From Octopus vulgaris (lineage: Eukaryota), in assembly GCA_951406725.2 (NCBI GenBank), contig OX597815.1:111662001-111726000 (forward strand): DNA of 64,000 nt. The letters are read 5' to 3'. Made by a program: the position numbers and the translations under genes. Shown here in pieces: positions 27,841 through 40,477 of the stretch (its first letter is position 1; each line of letters begins with the position of its first letter). Below the pieces are notes generated by a model. The model was not told the origin of the DNA and ran no database searches. It saw nothing but the letters and a program-made list of their open reading frames with translations.

Positions 27841-29271
27841 TTTATAGAGGGAGAGAGGTGGTAAGAGAATTATATGTTTATATTAGACTAAAGTGAACGT
27901 AGTGCCTTTCAGAAGCCATAGTTCCTTCCTTGAGAGAGGTTACCAAATGAATAGAAGAGAAGTTTCTAATGGATTAATTGAGGTAAATATTTGTTAGCAT
28001 AGTTAGCATAGTTAGTATTTGTTATTATATTTCTTAACATAGTTAAAAATGAGGTGTTTATATAATGAAACAGCGACGTCAGTATTACAGTAAGACTGAA
28101 ACATACAAATGATGTACTTGACAACCATTATTAAGTACAGAGAAATGTAATTTAGTTGTGGAGGGTACCGAAGATTAAAGTATAGATATGAAGGGAACAA
28201 TGCATTATGTAACACTTGTTGGAATGTAATATCTTGCAAACATTGCTGGGCATCCAGTGATGTGAGTGATATCCTCCAAATAATTACGGAACAATTGACA
28301 TTTTGTGGATTATACGTATAATAGTCTCACTTAATTATCAAGTATTTAAAATCTACCTCTTGTTCTTGCATAATTAAAGTGTACTTTCCATTGTAGATAA
28401 TATTTCATGCATTTAAGATAACTTAAAGAGAGGCTACTATTTCGGTCAAAGATATTGTTTTTCTTTTGCTTGCAAGATATGCCACCCTGAATAATTTTCT
28501 TCCTATATGATGAATGTTTCTCGTTAAATAGATTAGTTCCACAAACCTTGGCTCACAACAACCATTATATATCTAGATTATCTCTTTATCTCTTTACATG
28601 ATTTTAGGATGCTGCTATTTTTGTTGTTTTATTACACAAAATTGATATACTCATTTCACCCAAAACCCTTTAGTAGGTCTTGTATCAGGTATGATCTATG
28701 GAACATAAAGGCTTTCAGTGCAAGCCTTATAATTCTGTTTAACATATATCCAGTCGATGCCATTTTTCATTTCAAAATTACCAGTAGTTATTTGTATATT
28801 CCTGATTTGGATGTTAAGCTTCCGATATCAACTAACTAGTTGAGTATCGGAAACCGTGAAAGCATAATGGCATACGTTCTTACTGAATGCATACATTTCG
28901 GACGTCCACAAATCCCCACGTATGTTGTCACTCTGACTTCACTCATAGCCGACAGTTTGCAGTAATTCTGAAATACTTGCAGCATACCTTTCGTAGACAC
29001 GGGAGATATACTGGCCGTTAGTATTCGTATTCGTCATGCGATCAGTAATCTTTCTTCTATCTATTGACTAAAAAATATGGTCCATTATGCTGATCTAAAT
29101 CTATTTATTTGTACCACAAGAATGATTTGACATTTCGGTATGCATCGTGATGCCTTGAATATTACAGTTTAAGGGTATTAATATAAAGTTCATTTATGCA
29201 ATGCAGTGTTTGAAATACCATAAAATAGATGAACATTAGTTTATTGCTTGAATAAAAAGTATCATTTGTAA

Positions 29272-29880
29272 GATACACAAGGAGCACTCCAGATGTTTTG
29301 AGACTTTTCGAGAGAAACACTTTTAATTCTTAATTTAAAAGAAGCACAGAACACTATTCTCTGTCAAAGTAAAAACATTTGACTTCATTTCACTCGTTGT
29401 AGCGATCCAGTCACTTTATGAAGGCTCCGTGGATGGCCTCCAAATGGAAGGCATCCAACCATCTTGATACAACCTCCTTCAACTTCTCCATGTCTTCAAA
29501 ACGATTGTTACTGAGGCCCTCCGTCAGCTTGGGGAGTAACTAAAAGCGACAGGAAGCAATATTTGAACAGTAGGGAGGGTGGTTAACAGTGTTGATGACC
29601 ATCTCTCTCAGGTAGTTCATTACCAAGATTGTTGACTAATGCAGTGTTGTGATGCAGATGCACTGGCTCTTTGCTAAGAAATTTCCTCCTGAACTCCCTT
29701 ATAACCTACACGAAGTACTCTTTGTTTACGGGCTGGTCAGAGATAACCCTGTGAATTTAAATGACGCCCTTGCTTTCGAAAATAGAATGATCATTAGTTT
29801 CTCGATGTACTTGCTTTAGCCAGTTTTCTTGGCTTTTGAAGAGCTAGAATGATTCCATTTGGCACACTGTTTCTCGGCAT
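29272..29880 (-). mobile_element. Decayed mariner 3' fragment
   Basis: HPPYCSNIASCRF*LLPKL..RFEDMEKLK (cf. HPPYSPDLAPCDFWLFPKLK). Confidence 0.7.
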
Positions 29881-31169
29881 TCAAAATTATTTAGTTAATC
29901 GCTTTCTCTGTTAAACCTTTTAGGTTCTCGGTGGTTGACTGTGTTCAGTTTTGTCATCGTCTTTGATTTTTTTCATAATAGGTCGTATAGATCATATCTT
30001 GTAATAGAGGTGATATAGGTCTTTTGTGGTATACACTATCAATAAAATTTTCATCAATTCTCGTATTTGCGTCTTTAATTATAATACCATTATTTCTTTT
30101 GCGTTCATGTATAATTTTCCATTCCTTTGCACTGGCATTGGGTTTGATTTTAAAGTTTGATAATTTTTTGTTAGTTCAACAAGTTAAGATATCTTATTAA
30201 ATGTAGAAAATGTATCGAGGTTTATACAAATTAAACAAACCCTACTCTCAGAAATAGACTAGCGATAGATAGCAAAGACCAGACCGCAGTACTAGATAGA
30301 TCGCACTGAATGGGAACATAGGCACATTTTCAAATAATAGTTTGCACTTTACCTTTGTTCAGACACTACCACAGACCAAGCACAAATAAACAAAGAAAAT
30401 ATATTCACACAAAATACAAACTAAGGCTGAATAAACTTTAGCAAAGTATATTCAGTAACAACTACTCACGCACGAACATATTCTGCCACTTGGCATAATG
30501 AATGTATACTGCTAACAACATCAAATCTGGGTTCTATCATAACCATTTTTTCGTATGACATAAACACACGAATTTAGTGGAGAACAAAATGTTATGCCTA
30601 CGCCCATACGTACAAATCATAACCATTCAGTTATTGGCCAAATAGAAACAACTCTTGTTCACTCTACCACTTGAAAAATTTAGAGAGCCTTAATTGCTAA
30701 GGAGTGTCTCTGAACTTTATCTACAGCGCTAAGATTATTGTCGCAGTAACGGTCGGATGCCGCGTGATACTTAAAATGAGTTCAAAGCGTAATCATTTGA
30801 TCATCTACCACATTTGACAAATAAACTTCAAAGAGCTTTGTTTTTGGACATTCACTAGAGACGTTCACTCAACCGTGTTGACGCAGCAAGAAACGTATCA
30901 AAATTCCTCAACCTTGTCACTTAATCACTCTCTGCCAGACAGATACTACTTTGAGTCATGTTCTCGCTATGAAAACAAGAGAATTTTCGAACTCCAGTCA
31001 GAAACAAGACAGTTGCAGCATAGGCTCCCGTCTTTCTATCTTAACTTTCCAAAGTCAAACAAACCTGTGAAACCAAATGCAAAATAAACCTTCTAAAAGA
31101 CTCTCAACGCATTTCAACTCCTTTTTTTTCTATATTTATAAATTTTATATGTCTCATGCTTTACATATT

Positions 31170-31376
31170 TCAGGCATTTGACCACGCACATGCTAGGTCA
31201 GCGCCTTGAAGAAAGTTTGCTTGAAGGAATCGATCCCAGTACTTATTATTACTTTTTGTAAAGCCTGGTACTTATTCTTTCAGTCTCTTTCGTCGATTCG
31301 CGAAGTGACAGGTTGTCAAGCAGTGGTGGGGAGACACACATACACAAACATGCACACACTCACAAACACACAGACG

Positions 31377-31444
<68 letters not shown>

Positions 31445-31473
31445 ACACACACACATATGTGTAAGTGTGTATT

Positions 31474-31510
<37 letters not shown>
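31170..31510 (-). mobile_element. 3' half of SINE family B plus (CA)n/(TA)n tract
   Basis: Matches the reverse complement of 18800-18915 (accacgcacatgctag, aaagcctggtacttattc, tgtcaagcagtggtggggagaca). Confidence 0.7.
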
Positions 31511-31593
31511 CAATTTGATTAAGAATTCATTATATAAATGTATTTATTTTCTTCATTAAATCTCGCTACCTTATCATATAGCAACATAACGTA

Positions 31594-32779
31594 TTAGGTT
31601 GTTCCGAAAATAATGGCCGATTTCAGAAACAGTTTTATTCTGGAAAAATTAACGATAGAAATGTTTTGATTAGTCAAAGTATAGACCGTAAACAACTCTG
31701 CATCTCTGCCATCAAACAACGAGATTAATTATGTCTCGTTGATAAAAACATTTTGATATTAAGTAATCTTTGAAAGCTGATTCCACCTCTGCTTTGGACC
31801 TGAAAGTTTTATCACTTAAAAATGTTTTTAAATGCTTTAAAAATGGTAGTCAGTGGATGAAAGGTCAGGAGAATATGAAGGATGTGATAAAGTCTTGTAT
31901 CCCAAGTTTGTGACATTCTGCAGCGTCATACTTGAAACATGTGGTATTTTATTATCATAGAGCAGAATTGGGCCACGCTGATTCACCAATGCAGCTCTCA
32001 TCTTTTTGCAAGTAAGTATGCATTTCAGCGAGTTAATTACAGTAATCTTCTGCTGTAATGCTCTGACTGGCTTCCAGAAGGATGTAATGGACAATACCAA
32101 TTATAGCCCAACAGACAGTCACCATAATCTTTTGCTATTGCGACTTTGGCTTTGGGAAATGTTTGGGAGACTCATCACCATCAAGCCATTGAGCTGATCG
32201 TTTACAGTTATCATAAAGTATCCACTTTTCGTCACAAGTATCCACTTTTCGTCAAGAAAAGGATCATTGTTATTTCGAAAAATGAGCATCGAACACACTT
32301 CAAAGCGCCGAACGTTTTGATTTCCATTGAGCTCAAGCAGTACCCAATTATCGAGGTTTTCCACCTTACCAATCTTCTGCAGGTTGCCTGAGACTGTTGC
32401 AATACCGACACCTAGTGCTTGAGGCATTTCTCGGACACTTCGATGTGGGCTTTTTTCAACTATTGCTTTCAATTGTTCATTGTAAAGACCTCATGACCGT
32501 CTTCTATTTTCTTCATCTTCAAGGCTGTCATCACCACTACGGAATTTCTAAAGTCCCCTTTGTACTATGCGATCACTTGTGGACCCCTCTCCCAAAGATC
32601 TGTTGATATTGGCAGCAATTCGGGAGGAATTGTGCCCAAACTTGAACTCATGCAACAAAAGTAAGCGAAGGTTCTTTTCTGTCATGTTCATATTTAAGGG
32701 CACCTACGCATCAAGAATGTTTTATGTCTAAAATACAAACACAAAACTTAAAGCGACCATTATTTTCGGAACAACCTGA
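31594..32779 (-). mobile_element. Mariner transposon with both TIRs and TA TSD, transposase pseudogene
   Basis: TA|ttaggttgttccgaaaataatggccg ... cgaccattattttcggaacaacctga|TA; DEKWI, LLYDN..PH and HPSYSPDLSSTDYHF; frameshifted. Confidence 0.95.
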
Positions 32780-34454
32780 TAGATTATCACAATCCTGTTC
32801 AGCCCCAGCATCATTATAAAGGGAAAATAAATCACTTAAGTGTAATATTAATAACGATATAATTGATGTCGAAGAATGAACCAGCAAGCGCTAAATGTTT
32901 TGATTGTAATAGTTTTTGATAGAATGATAAAACTGCACTTTACTAAATTGAATAAATCCGCTATAATCTCCATGTCATTAACCCAATTGATTAACGACAT
33001 GATGTTATTCCATAATGATAAACCGGTGTAAAATTTTTAATTTCATGGAACCCGAAATGAATTTACCAATTTTTACCTAATTCAATGGTAGCAACAATAA
33101 CCGGTCTACTTATTAGCTGACCTAAAATGATACTTATACTATGTTCTAATAACATGTAGTACTGACACTTAGCCAGACATAAAACTATACTAGCTAACTT
33201 TGGGATATTAATGTGCATTTGTCTCCTGTGATATTGTACAAGAATGTTTTAAATTCTTTTATTTACATTGCCGAAACCTATAATGTTATCTAAGTTACAT
33301 TACTCGAAATATTTCAGTAACACGAAATTTCATAGATTTTAATCAAACTGATTTCAAAATTAGGGAGTAGTTCGCTTCAATTTTTTCAGTATTGTATTCT
33401 CAGCGGGATATTTTCGATTTGCTGGTGGTTAATATTTTTATTAAGCATATTTTCCTAACTTCTCCGCATTTTCAGAACAATATAATGTTAGAAATATTTA
33501 AACTTCTGAGATTAAATTGTTGAACGAAGATCTGTATGCCCTTTCAATGGAATTTCTAGTATTACATGAATTAGGAATTCATATTTGGTGGTAACAAATA
33601 TTTAAACTCTTTCACAAGGACAATATCCCTTACACCAAAGCACAAAATTAACTATTTGACGATGCGGTGACGTACTATCTTTCCTGTGAAATATGCTCTA
33701 ATTTACAATCTAAGACGTGTATTTTATGAAGTCGATGTTTCTCTGCAGATAGGATTTCCTTAGTTCTTGTACCATTTCCATTGTGACTTTATTGGATAAT
33801 TTCATGCTGGTTTGTAATGTTTAATATTACATGAAATAATACGTTGAGATATTGCATAGACACAGATCACATGGTTTTGCCTTGGCCCAGATGACAGTCA
33901 CTGACCAACAGGGGTTTAAATTTTGACGGAATTATCTCCCAGAAATCACATATCTATAAAGACTTGCACAGCATTAGGTTTGTCTAGATTATATCTCGTT
34001 GTTCAAGCAATAATTCAGCTACTTAAGTTTGAGCCATAATCTCTCCACAATAATGAGGGAATGAAAATTCAAAATTCAGTTACAGACGTTAAGCTACATT
34101 ACTTTATGCTGTTTTTGTACTGCACTTTTAAACAGGAAGTAGCTAAAACTACATTCCATGGATGATCGTTTGTCTTTATAATTATAAATGTGAGCAAATT
34201 CTACGTTGGACTATTTTTTTTGAATTATGGTTGAAAAATCCTACTTTACATCACCATGCATATTTCTGAAACAGAAATATAACAACCACTCAATAAAGGG
34301 AATAGTTTATTCAGGTTCAATGATATTTTTCAAGGTTGCTACAAACGTAGCATTTTATTATCGATTCAGGTTACATTGCCAAAAAACAGCCACCCGTCCG
34401 GCACTTAAATATACATTTTACTTTAAAGTTTTGCTGAATATTTTCTTGATGCAA

Positions 34455-34746
34455 GGACGTGGTTAGAGCGTCGAGCATACGACCGTGAGTTTGTGAGTTC
34501 GATTCTCGGACCGGGCTGCGTGTTGTGTCCTTGAGCAAGACACTTTATTTCACGTTGCTCCAGTACACTCAGCTGTAGAAAAGAGTTGCGACGTCACGGG
34601 TGCCAAGCTGCGTCAGTCTTTGCCTTTCCCTTGGAAAAACATTGGTGACGTGGAGAGAGAGAAAAGGCTGGTATGTATGGACTTGTGCCTCGGAGGGTAA
34701 CTTTCTAGGTGCAATCCCATGGTCATTCATGACGGAAGGGGGTCAT
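34455..34746 (+). mobile_element. tRNA-SINE family C
   Basis: gtggttagagcgtcg..gagttcgattctc (B box) ..gttgtgtccttgagcaagacacttt. Confidence 0.8.
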
Positions 34747-34747
34747 A

Positions 34748-34799
<52 letters not shown>

Positions 34800-35189
34800 A
34801 TGTGTGAGTATGTGTGTATGTGTGCGTGTGTGTACATATATATATATATAGATATATATATCTTCTTGCTCACTTTCCCTCCACTTTTCACTTCACTGTC
34901 TCCCTGTCATTGCTTCTCGCACCACCTTAATTCTTCTGTTCTTCTACTTCCATTTCTCTCTCTTCTTTTCCCAAGTTCGGCCAAGCCTGTCTTTTCTTGG
35001 GGCTGGCCAGATTGGAGCAATCTCAAGTATAATCAGCCGAAATTGCGAAGATAATCTGGTACCTGATTGAGGAAAGAAAACTTCGAATGACCCGTCCTTG
35101 TTTTCTTTGTATCGTCTATCTGGATGTTTTGTTGTCCCATTTTTGTATCACATAACTGTCCGGATGTTATGCGTTCTTGTCCCATCTTT

Positions 35190-35246
<57 letters not shown>

Positions 35247-35248
<2 letters not shown>

Positions 35249-35509
35249 GTTGTGTCTGGAGAGAGTCATTTTCTTTTTCTGCCTTATAATTTAACAGTCA
35301 CAGGTAACATTTCAACTTATTCCTTATTTTTATTTTCCTAAAATTTTCGTTGCATCTTGCAACTTTTTCAATAGTTTGATTATTGAAAAGTTTGCAAAAC
35401 GCAACGAAAATTTTAGGAATATAAAAATAAGGAATAAGTGGAAATGTTACCGGTGAAACTGTTGAATTATAAGGCACAAAAAGAAAATAACTCAACCCTG
35501 ACACAACAG
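35247..35509. mobile_element. Palindromic fold-back MITE inserted in (TA)n
   Basis: Arms of about 125 bp are near-complementary (gccttataatttaacagt / actgttgaattataaggc; cctaaaattttcgttgc / gcaacgaaaattttagg); TA-flanked. Confidence 0.85.
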
Positions 35510-35596
35510 TATATGCTTCAACACATGAACTCACATAAAGAATCTTGCCAACCAAATCCAAAAACGAAATATATATATATATATATATATATATAG

Positions 35597-35765
35597 TGGA
35601 CGCACATGGCCTAGCGGTTAGAGCAGCGAACACGCCGTCAATGGATTCGAATCTCAGACTCTGGGTGATATGCGTGTTTATGAGCGAAATAACTACACAC
35701 CACGCTGACTGTTTCGCCATAACTTTCTCTCACTCTTCCCTCCTGCATCGAGCAACTCACCTGCG
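35597..35765 (+). mobile_element. tRNA-SINE head, degraded
   Basis: tggcctagcggttagagcagcg (A box) ..ggattcgaatctc (B box). Confidence 0.65.
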
Positions 35766-35767
35766 AC

Positions 35768-35858
35768 AATGAATTAAATAAAAATCCTTCGCAGAGGGGC
35801 AAAAACAAGGAAAAAAAAATTTTTTTCCCCTCTGCGAAGGATTTTTATTTAATTCATT
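35768..35858. repeat. Perfect 32-bp inverted repeat with 27-nt spacer
   Basis: aatgaattaaataaaaatccttcgcagagggg (35768-35799) is the exact reverse complement of 35827-35858. Confidence 0.95.
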
Positions 35859-36129
35859 CGCAGTCCTGTCCTACCTTCGAAACGCGCTGGAGTTGAACTA
35901 GGGACAGCTGAAGGGGATTTTTCCTGTGTAGTTTGTCTTGTACCCTGTTTTTTCGTTGTTTAAAAAATGGTTCGTTCCCTGCTTGTTTTTACTTTTTCGT
36001 TTTCGTTTTTCGTTTCTCGTTTAGTTCTATGTCTAATTGTGGTGTCCTGTACTCACGTATATATATTTATATATGCATGTATATATACATGTAGATGTAG
36101 GTACGTACATATATATTTTATTTATTACA

Positions 36130-36300
<171 letters not shown>

Positions 36301-37875
36301 CTAAAAAATGTTGAATGCGATTTCGTTCTGTTACTGGAGTAATTTCCAAAGATTTCTAACGTTGTTTCTTCAAACTTTATTTTGCATTTACCAGGGTTAA
36401 ATAATTTAGATATTGAAACTTATGTAGAAATATACAATATATGATTTAACATTTTAAAAAACTGATTCATATTTATGTAAATGGAGGAGATTAGATGTTA
36501 AAATGGAGTAATGTTTTTTATATTTTTCATGTTGCTATAAAATCTGTTCCACACAGGACACAGATTGTCATAATAGAAAATCGGAATTGTCAAATTGTAC
36601 TCGTCGGTACGTATGTATATTAAATATATTAATCGGTAGAGTGAGAGCTATAATTTCATCTGAGTAAATGCAACGCCATTAATTTCATTAATTCATTACT
36701 CAGTGATTTTATTGAATCATATCCAGAGGCTATATATTATCTGTAAATTTAAAGTTATGTAAAATATTTTGGCGGTAATTGCATATTCTTTTTTGTATCA
36801 CGGAAAATAAATAACTGGCAAAATGTTGTTTAACGTATTTAATCTCACTTCTTTATAATGGAAAACAAATTCAAAGAAAATTAAGTTACTCATATAAAAT
36901 TTATTCAATGCATACATGAAAAAAATGAATAATTATTTTGAAGCAAATTTGCTAAAATTCAGTTAAAGAATAAAAGCGTTTTCAATTTTCGGAAATAAGA
37001 AATGTTCCTCGAAGATAAATTACGAGAATTTCCTCATAAATAAATCTGTACGCTGGTAATGTTATATTCATTGTAGATACATCCAATTCTGATTCACTAT
37101 ATTTGTATTCCTTTTCCTGATGTGAATAAGCTGCCCAATTCAACTCTTACCTTATTTCTTGAACATCCTTTTTTATTTCAAAGTTTCTGAAAAATTCCAA
37201 TTCATAGAATGAATTGCTATGATCAATTGGCAGATTGAACGATAACAAACTTCACAGGAATTGTTTGTCGTTGAGCGTAACCCTTGGTCGCAACAGAATA
37301 ATTCAAAATTAGAGAATCAAATATCATATCACTGGAATCGTGAAAATATATTTTCACTTTCTATGTCAAAAATGACCGACTTAGGAAATATTGGCTTCAG
37401 GTGAAATTACTGCGCGATAAAATTGCTATGTAATGGCATTACAGGCAATACAGTAACTGTAATTTCCTTTAATGAATTTAAAGAAATGCTGCCCCGTGTG
37501 TATCATCAAGTTTCTGAAACATACAAATATGTAACTTAACTATTTCAGCTGTAGTGATTTACAACACAAGATTTCTAGTTTTTGACGGATTTTGTCTTTA
37601 TTTACTGCTACACTATGATTGATTTACATTGTTATTACACTTGCAAGTTGTCGATTTCATAAAGTATATTTAATACGCGTTGACAATATTTCAGTTTGTC
37701 CATAATGCTTGGAACCATTCATTACGTTAAACTCATATGCATTCATAGGAAAAAAAATCATATAAAAGTTTGGAACGTATATATATATATATACACACAT
37801 ACGTGTGCGTATGTGTTTGTGCATGTGTGTGTTTCTATGTATATATGTATGTGTGTGTGAGAGTATAAGCGCGCG

Positions 37876-37957
<82 letters not shown>

Positions 37958-39244
37958 TAAAGAGGGAGAGAGAGAAAGGGGTATGGAGAGATAATATTTT
38001 AACAAGATATTTGATGAATTCAAAATGCAGGTTTGTTTTTATAATTCTATTCAATATTAGTCTTCTATTCAGTTGATAATACATGTCCTGATTACTAAAT
38101 ACTTGGAATATGTTCTAGATGAATTTGTACGGTGATTCTTTAATATTGCCGTAATCAGTGTTGATGTAGAACATTGAGACATGATCAAGCATTTTGGAGC
38201 AATGTGTATAATCAATCTAATCACGGATACCGTTCTTATATTTTTGTTATCCAAGAGGTGAAGAAAGGATTTGAATTAATAATGGAAAATGACGTAACTA
38301 AGCACCTACCATATAACTGCCTCGGGAGTATAGATAATTTACAAAATTTGCTGTGAATAGTTAGATATAAATAGGCAAATCAGTAATTTGATTGAAATTT
38401 CTCTTCAATCATACTGTTACAAGGTCAGTTTAGAACACAGAATGTAAAGAAATCAAAGTAATAAAAATCTTTACGTCTCGCGCATTAACTATCAGAGTTA
38501 ATGTTAAATCAATACGGAAAAATAACAGTGCGTTGTATTAACGGTACATTATTGGGTTAGCTGTGTTAGGATTAGGAGGTGTGCTTAGACTTCAGTGCAT
38601 TTGTTTTGAAATCCAACTATTATACATTCCAGAGTGTTGATATTAATAATGAGAAAATAAGTTATTAATATTATTTTTCCTGATGTGGTAATTATATTTC
38701 AGAAAATAAGTTCAAAGAAATTAAATAGTTGACTATTCTAGGGTAAGATCAATTCTAGTAGGATTCGAAATGAAAAGGTAATGGAATTGAATTTAATGAA
38801 ATAATTCATTCAGCTTCCCATAATTCTTTCTTCCTTTTAATCTCATCTCAGTCCGATAGCCTTCTTTGAGCAGTCTGGATATTTCCATACCCACATGGCA
38901 CGCATATACTCATGTATTCTTACCCAGACTTGTAAGCGTATAAACAGAATGCATATCGCATCAGTTACTTCCTGAGTCGTCGGTGGGGAAACGGAGAACG
39001 CGAGCAATAGCTCTAATTTTAGATCTTGCTAACAAAATCATACAGGTAAGAGCATTAATTTTCTGAATGGAAACCGATGAATTGGTAAAGTTGAGAATAC
39101 TCCGATTAACTATGAAGTTATATATTAAATCACGTGATCAGGTGACCGACCAGACGATCAAATGTTATTACATTCGCATCGTTTTAGCCTTCGAATGACA
39201 GCATCCCGCTGGGTAGGTGAGCAGGCCTGCCTTTCTGACCACCT

Positions 39245-40310
39245 ACTGTCAAAAAGAGCAGCTAGTGCAATTAAAGGCAATTGACAGAACAACGCTGCCG
39301 GGAAAATTCAAATGTTGGATACAGTAATTTGGGCTGTACCCAAGAATAATGTGGCCATTGTAAATGTACGAAATAACCTCGAGTAGAGTGGAAAGGATGG
39401 AGCAAAGATGCAGTGTGTTTATCAGAAAATGGCCTGGTCTGCCGAAACCACTGAAGACAACTGCACTATATGGAAAATCCATGCTGCAACTACCAATAAT
39501 ATCAATCGCCGAGGAATATAAGGCAGGAAAGGCAAGGACAGTAATGATGCTATGGTATTCAAAAGATCAGAGCATCCGGGAAAACCCTCCAAAGGTACGA
39601 ACAGGGAGGAAATGGAAGGCGGAAGAGGCAGTAAACAGGGCGATCGGAAAACTAAAGCATGCAAATATAGTCGGAAGCAGCTAGAACCGGCCTAGGGTCG
39701 CAAAATTTCAGGCCATTTTGCAAGAGCAGTGTAAAAGAGATGAAAGAGGCAGTGGTATACGAAGTGAGAAAGGAGGAAGAAGAAAGGTGAAATGTACATT
39801 TGGTGCAATGCAGTCAACAGGGACAGTGCCTGAGATGGGAGGAATAGGTGATCAACTGCAGAATATCATGGAAGGAACTTTTGGCTTAGGAACAAGCAAG
39901 AACATCCTTCCTGATCAAGTCTACCTTCGACGTTCTAACCTCACCGGCGAACTTAGTCCGGTGGAACATAAAAAAACCGATGAGTGTAGATGCGGAGAGA
40001 AAGCGACGGTTAGACATGTTCTGTCAAGTTGCAGACTAGCACTTGAAGGATATACATGGCGGCATAATCAAGTCCTCGGCGTCATAAGCGCAGCACTCAA
40101 GGAGAAGAGGTATGAAAAGCTAATAGAAGAATGCAGAGAACAGGGATGGAATGTCGAATATTATCACCTGGCAGGGAACAGAAGAAAGAAGTAAGAAGAC
40201 ATGCACCCAACACCAGAGCTGAAGACACCTCCGAGAGGGGGGGTGCCATGTCAAAACGGTAGAGGAGTAGGGGCCGAAACCGGACGTGGTTCCTCCTGAT
40301 GATGTCTTGA
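39245..40310 (+). mobile_element. 5'-truncated, decayed HERO-like RLE non-LTR retrotransposon
   Basis: LPGKFKCWI, GLYPRIMWPL*MYEI, RKWPGLP..ALYG, VRTGRKWKA, CRCGEKATVRHVLSSC, YTWRHNQVL and YEKLIEECREQGW; RLE partly deleted. Confidence 0.8.
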
Positions 40311-40359
40311 GCTAACTGGATCCTATAAAGGAGCTGTTGTGGTAGCAGACCACGAAACA

Positions 40360-40477
40360 TGGTTGTAATTCCTGAAATGTTTTGATCAAGAACACAACGC
40401 GTTGACCGTCTTGGAATCGAAACCACGATCTAACGATTGAAAATGTGGCAGTTTAGCCACTAGGTTATGTGACTTCA
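40360..40477 (-). mobile_element. tRNA-SINE head (family C-like)
   Basis: Reverse complement reads tgaagtcacataacctagtggctaaac..ggtttcgattcc..gcgttgtgttcttgatcaaaacattt. Confidence 0.6.

Noticed and set aside
26440-31100. Faint PLE/RTE/CR1-like coding traces (26.5, 28.9, 30.8 kb)
   Set aside because: Too eroded to assign by eye; needs a translated HMM search
34455-34520. tRNA gene (also at 18529 and 35597)
   Set aside because: A/B boxes continue into SINE bodies, with no complete cloverleaf or terminator
35060-35100. ctgattga..cttcgaat as a hammerhead
   Set aside because: Core spacing and the GAAA box do not fit, and there is no helix I
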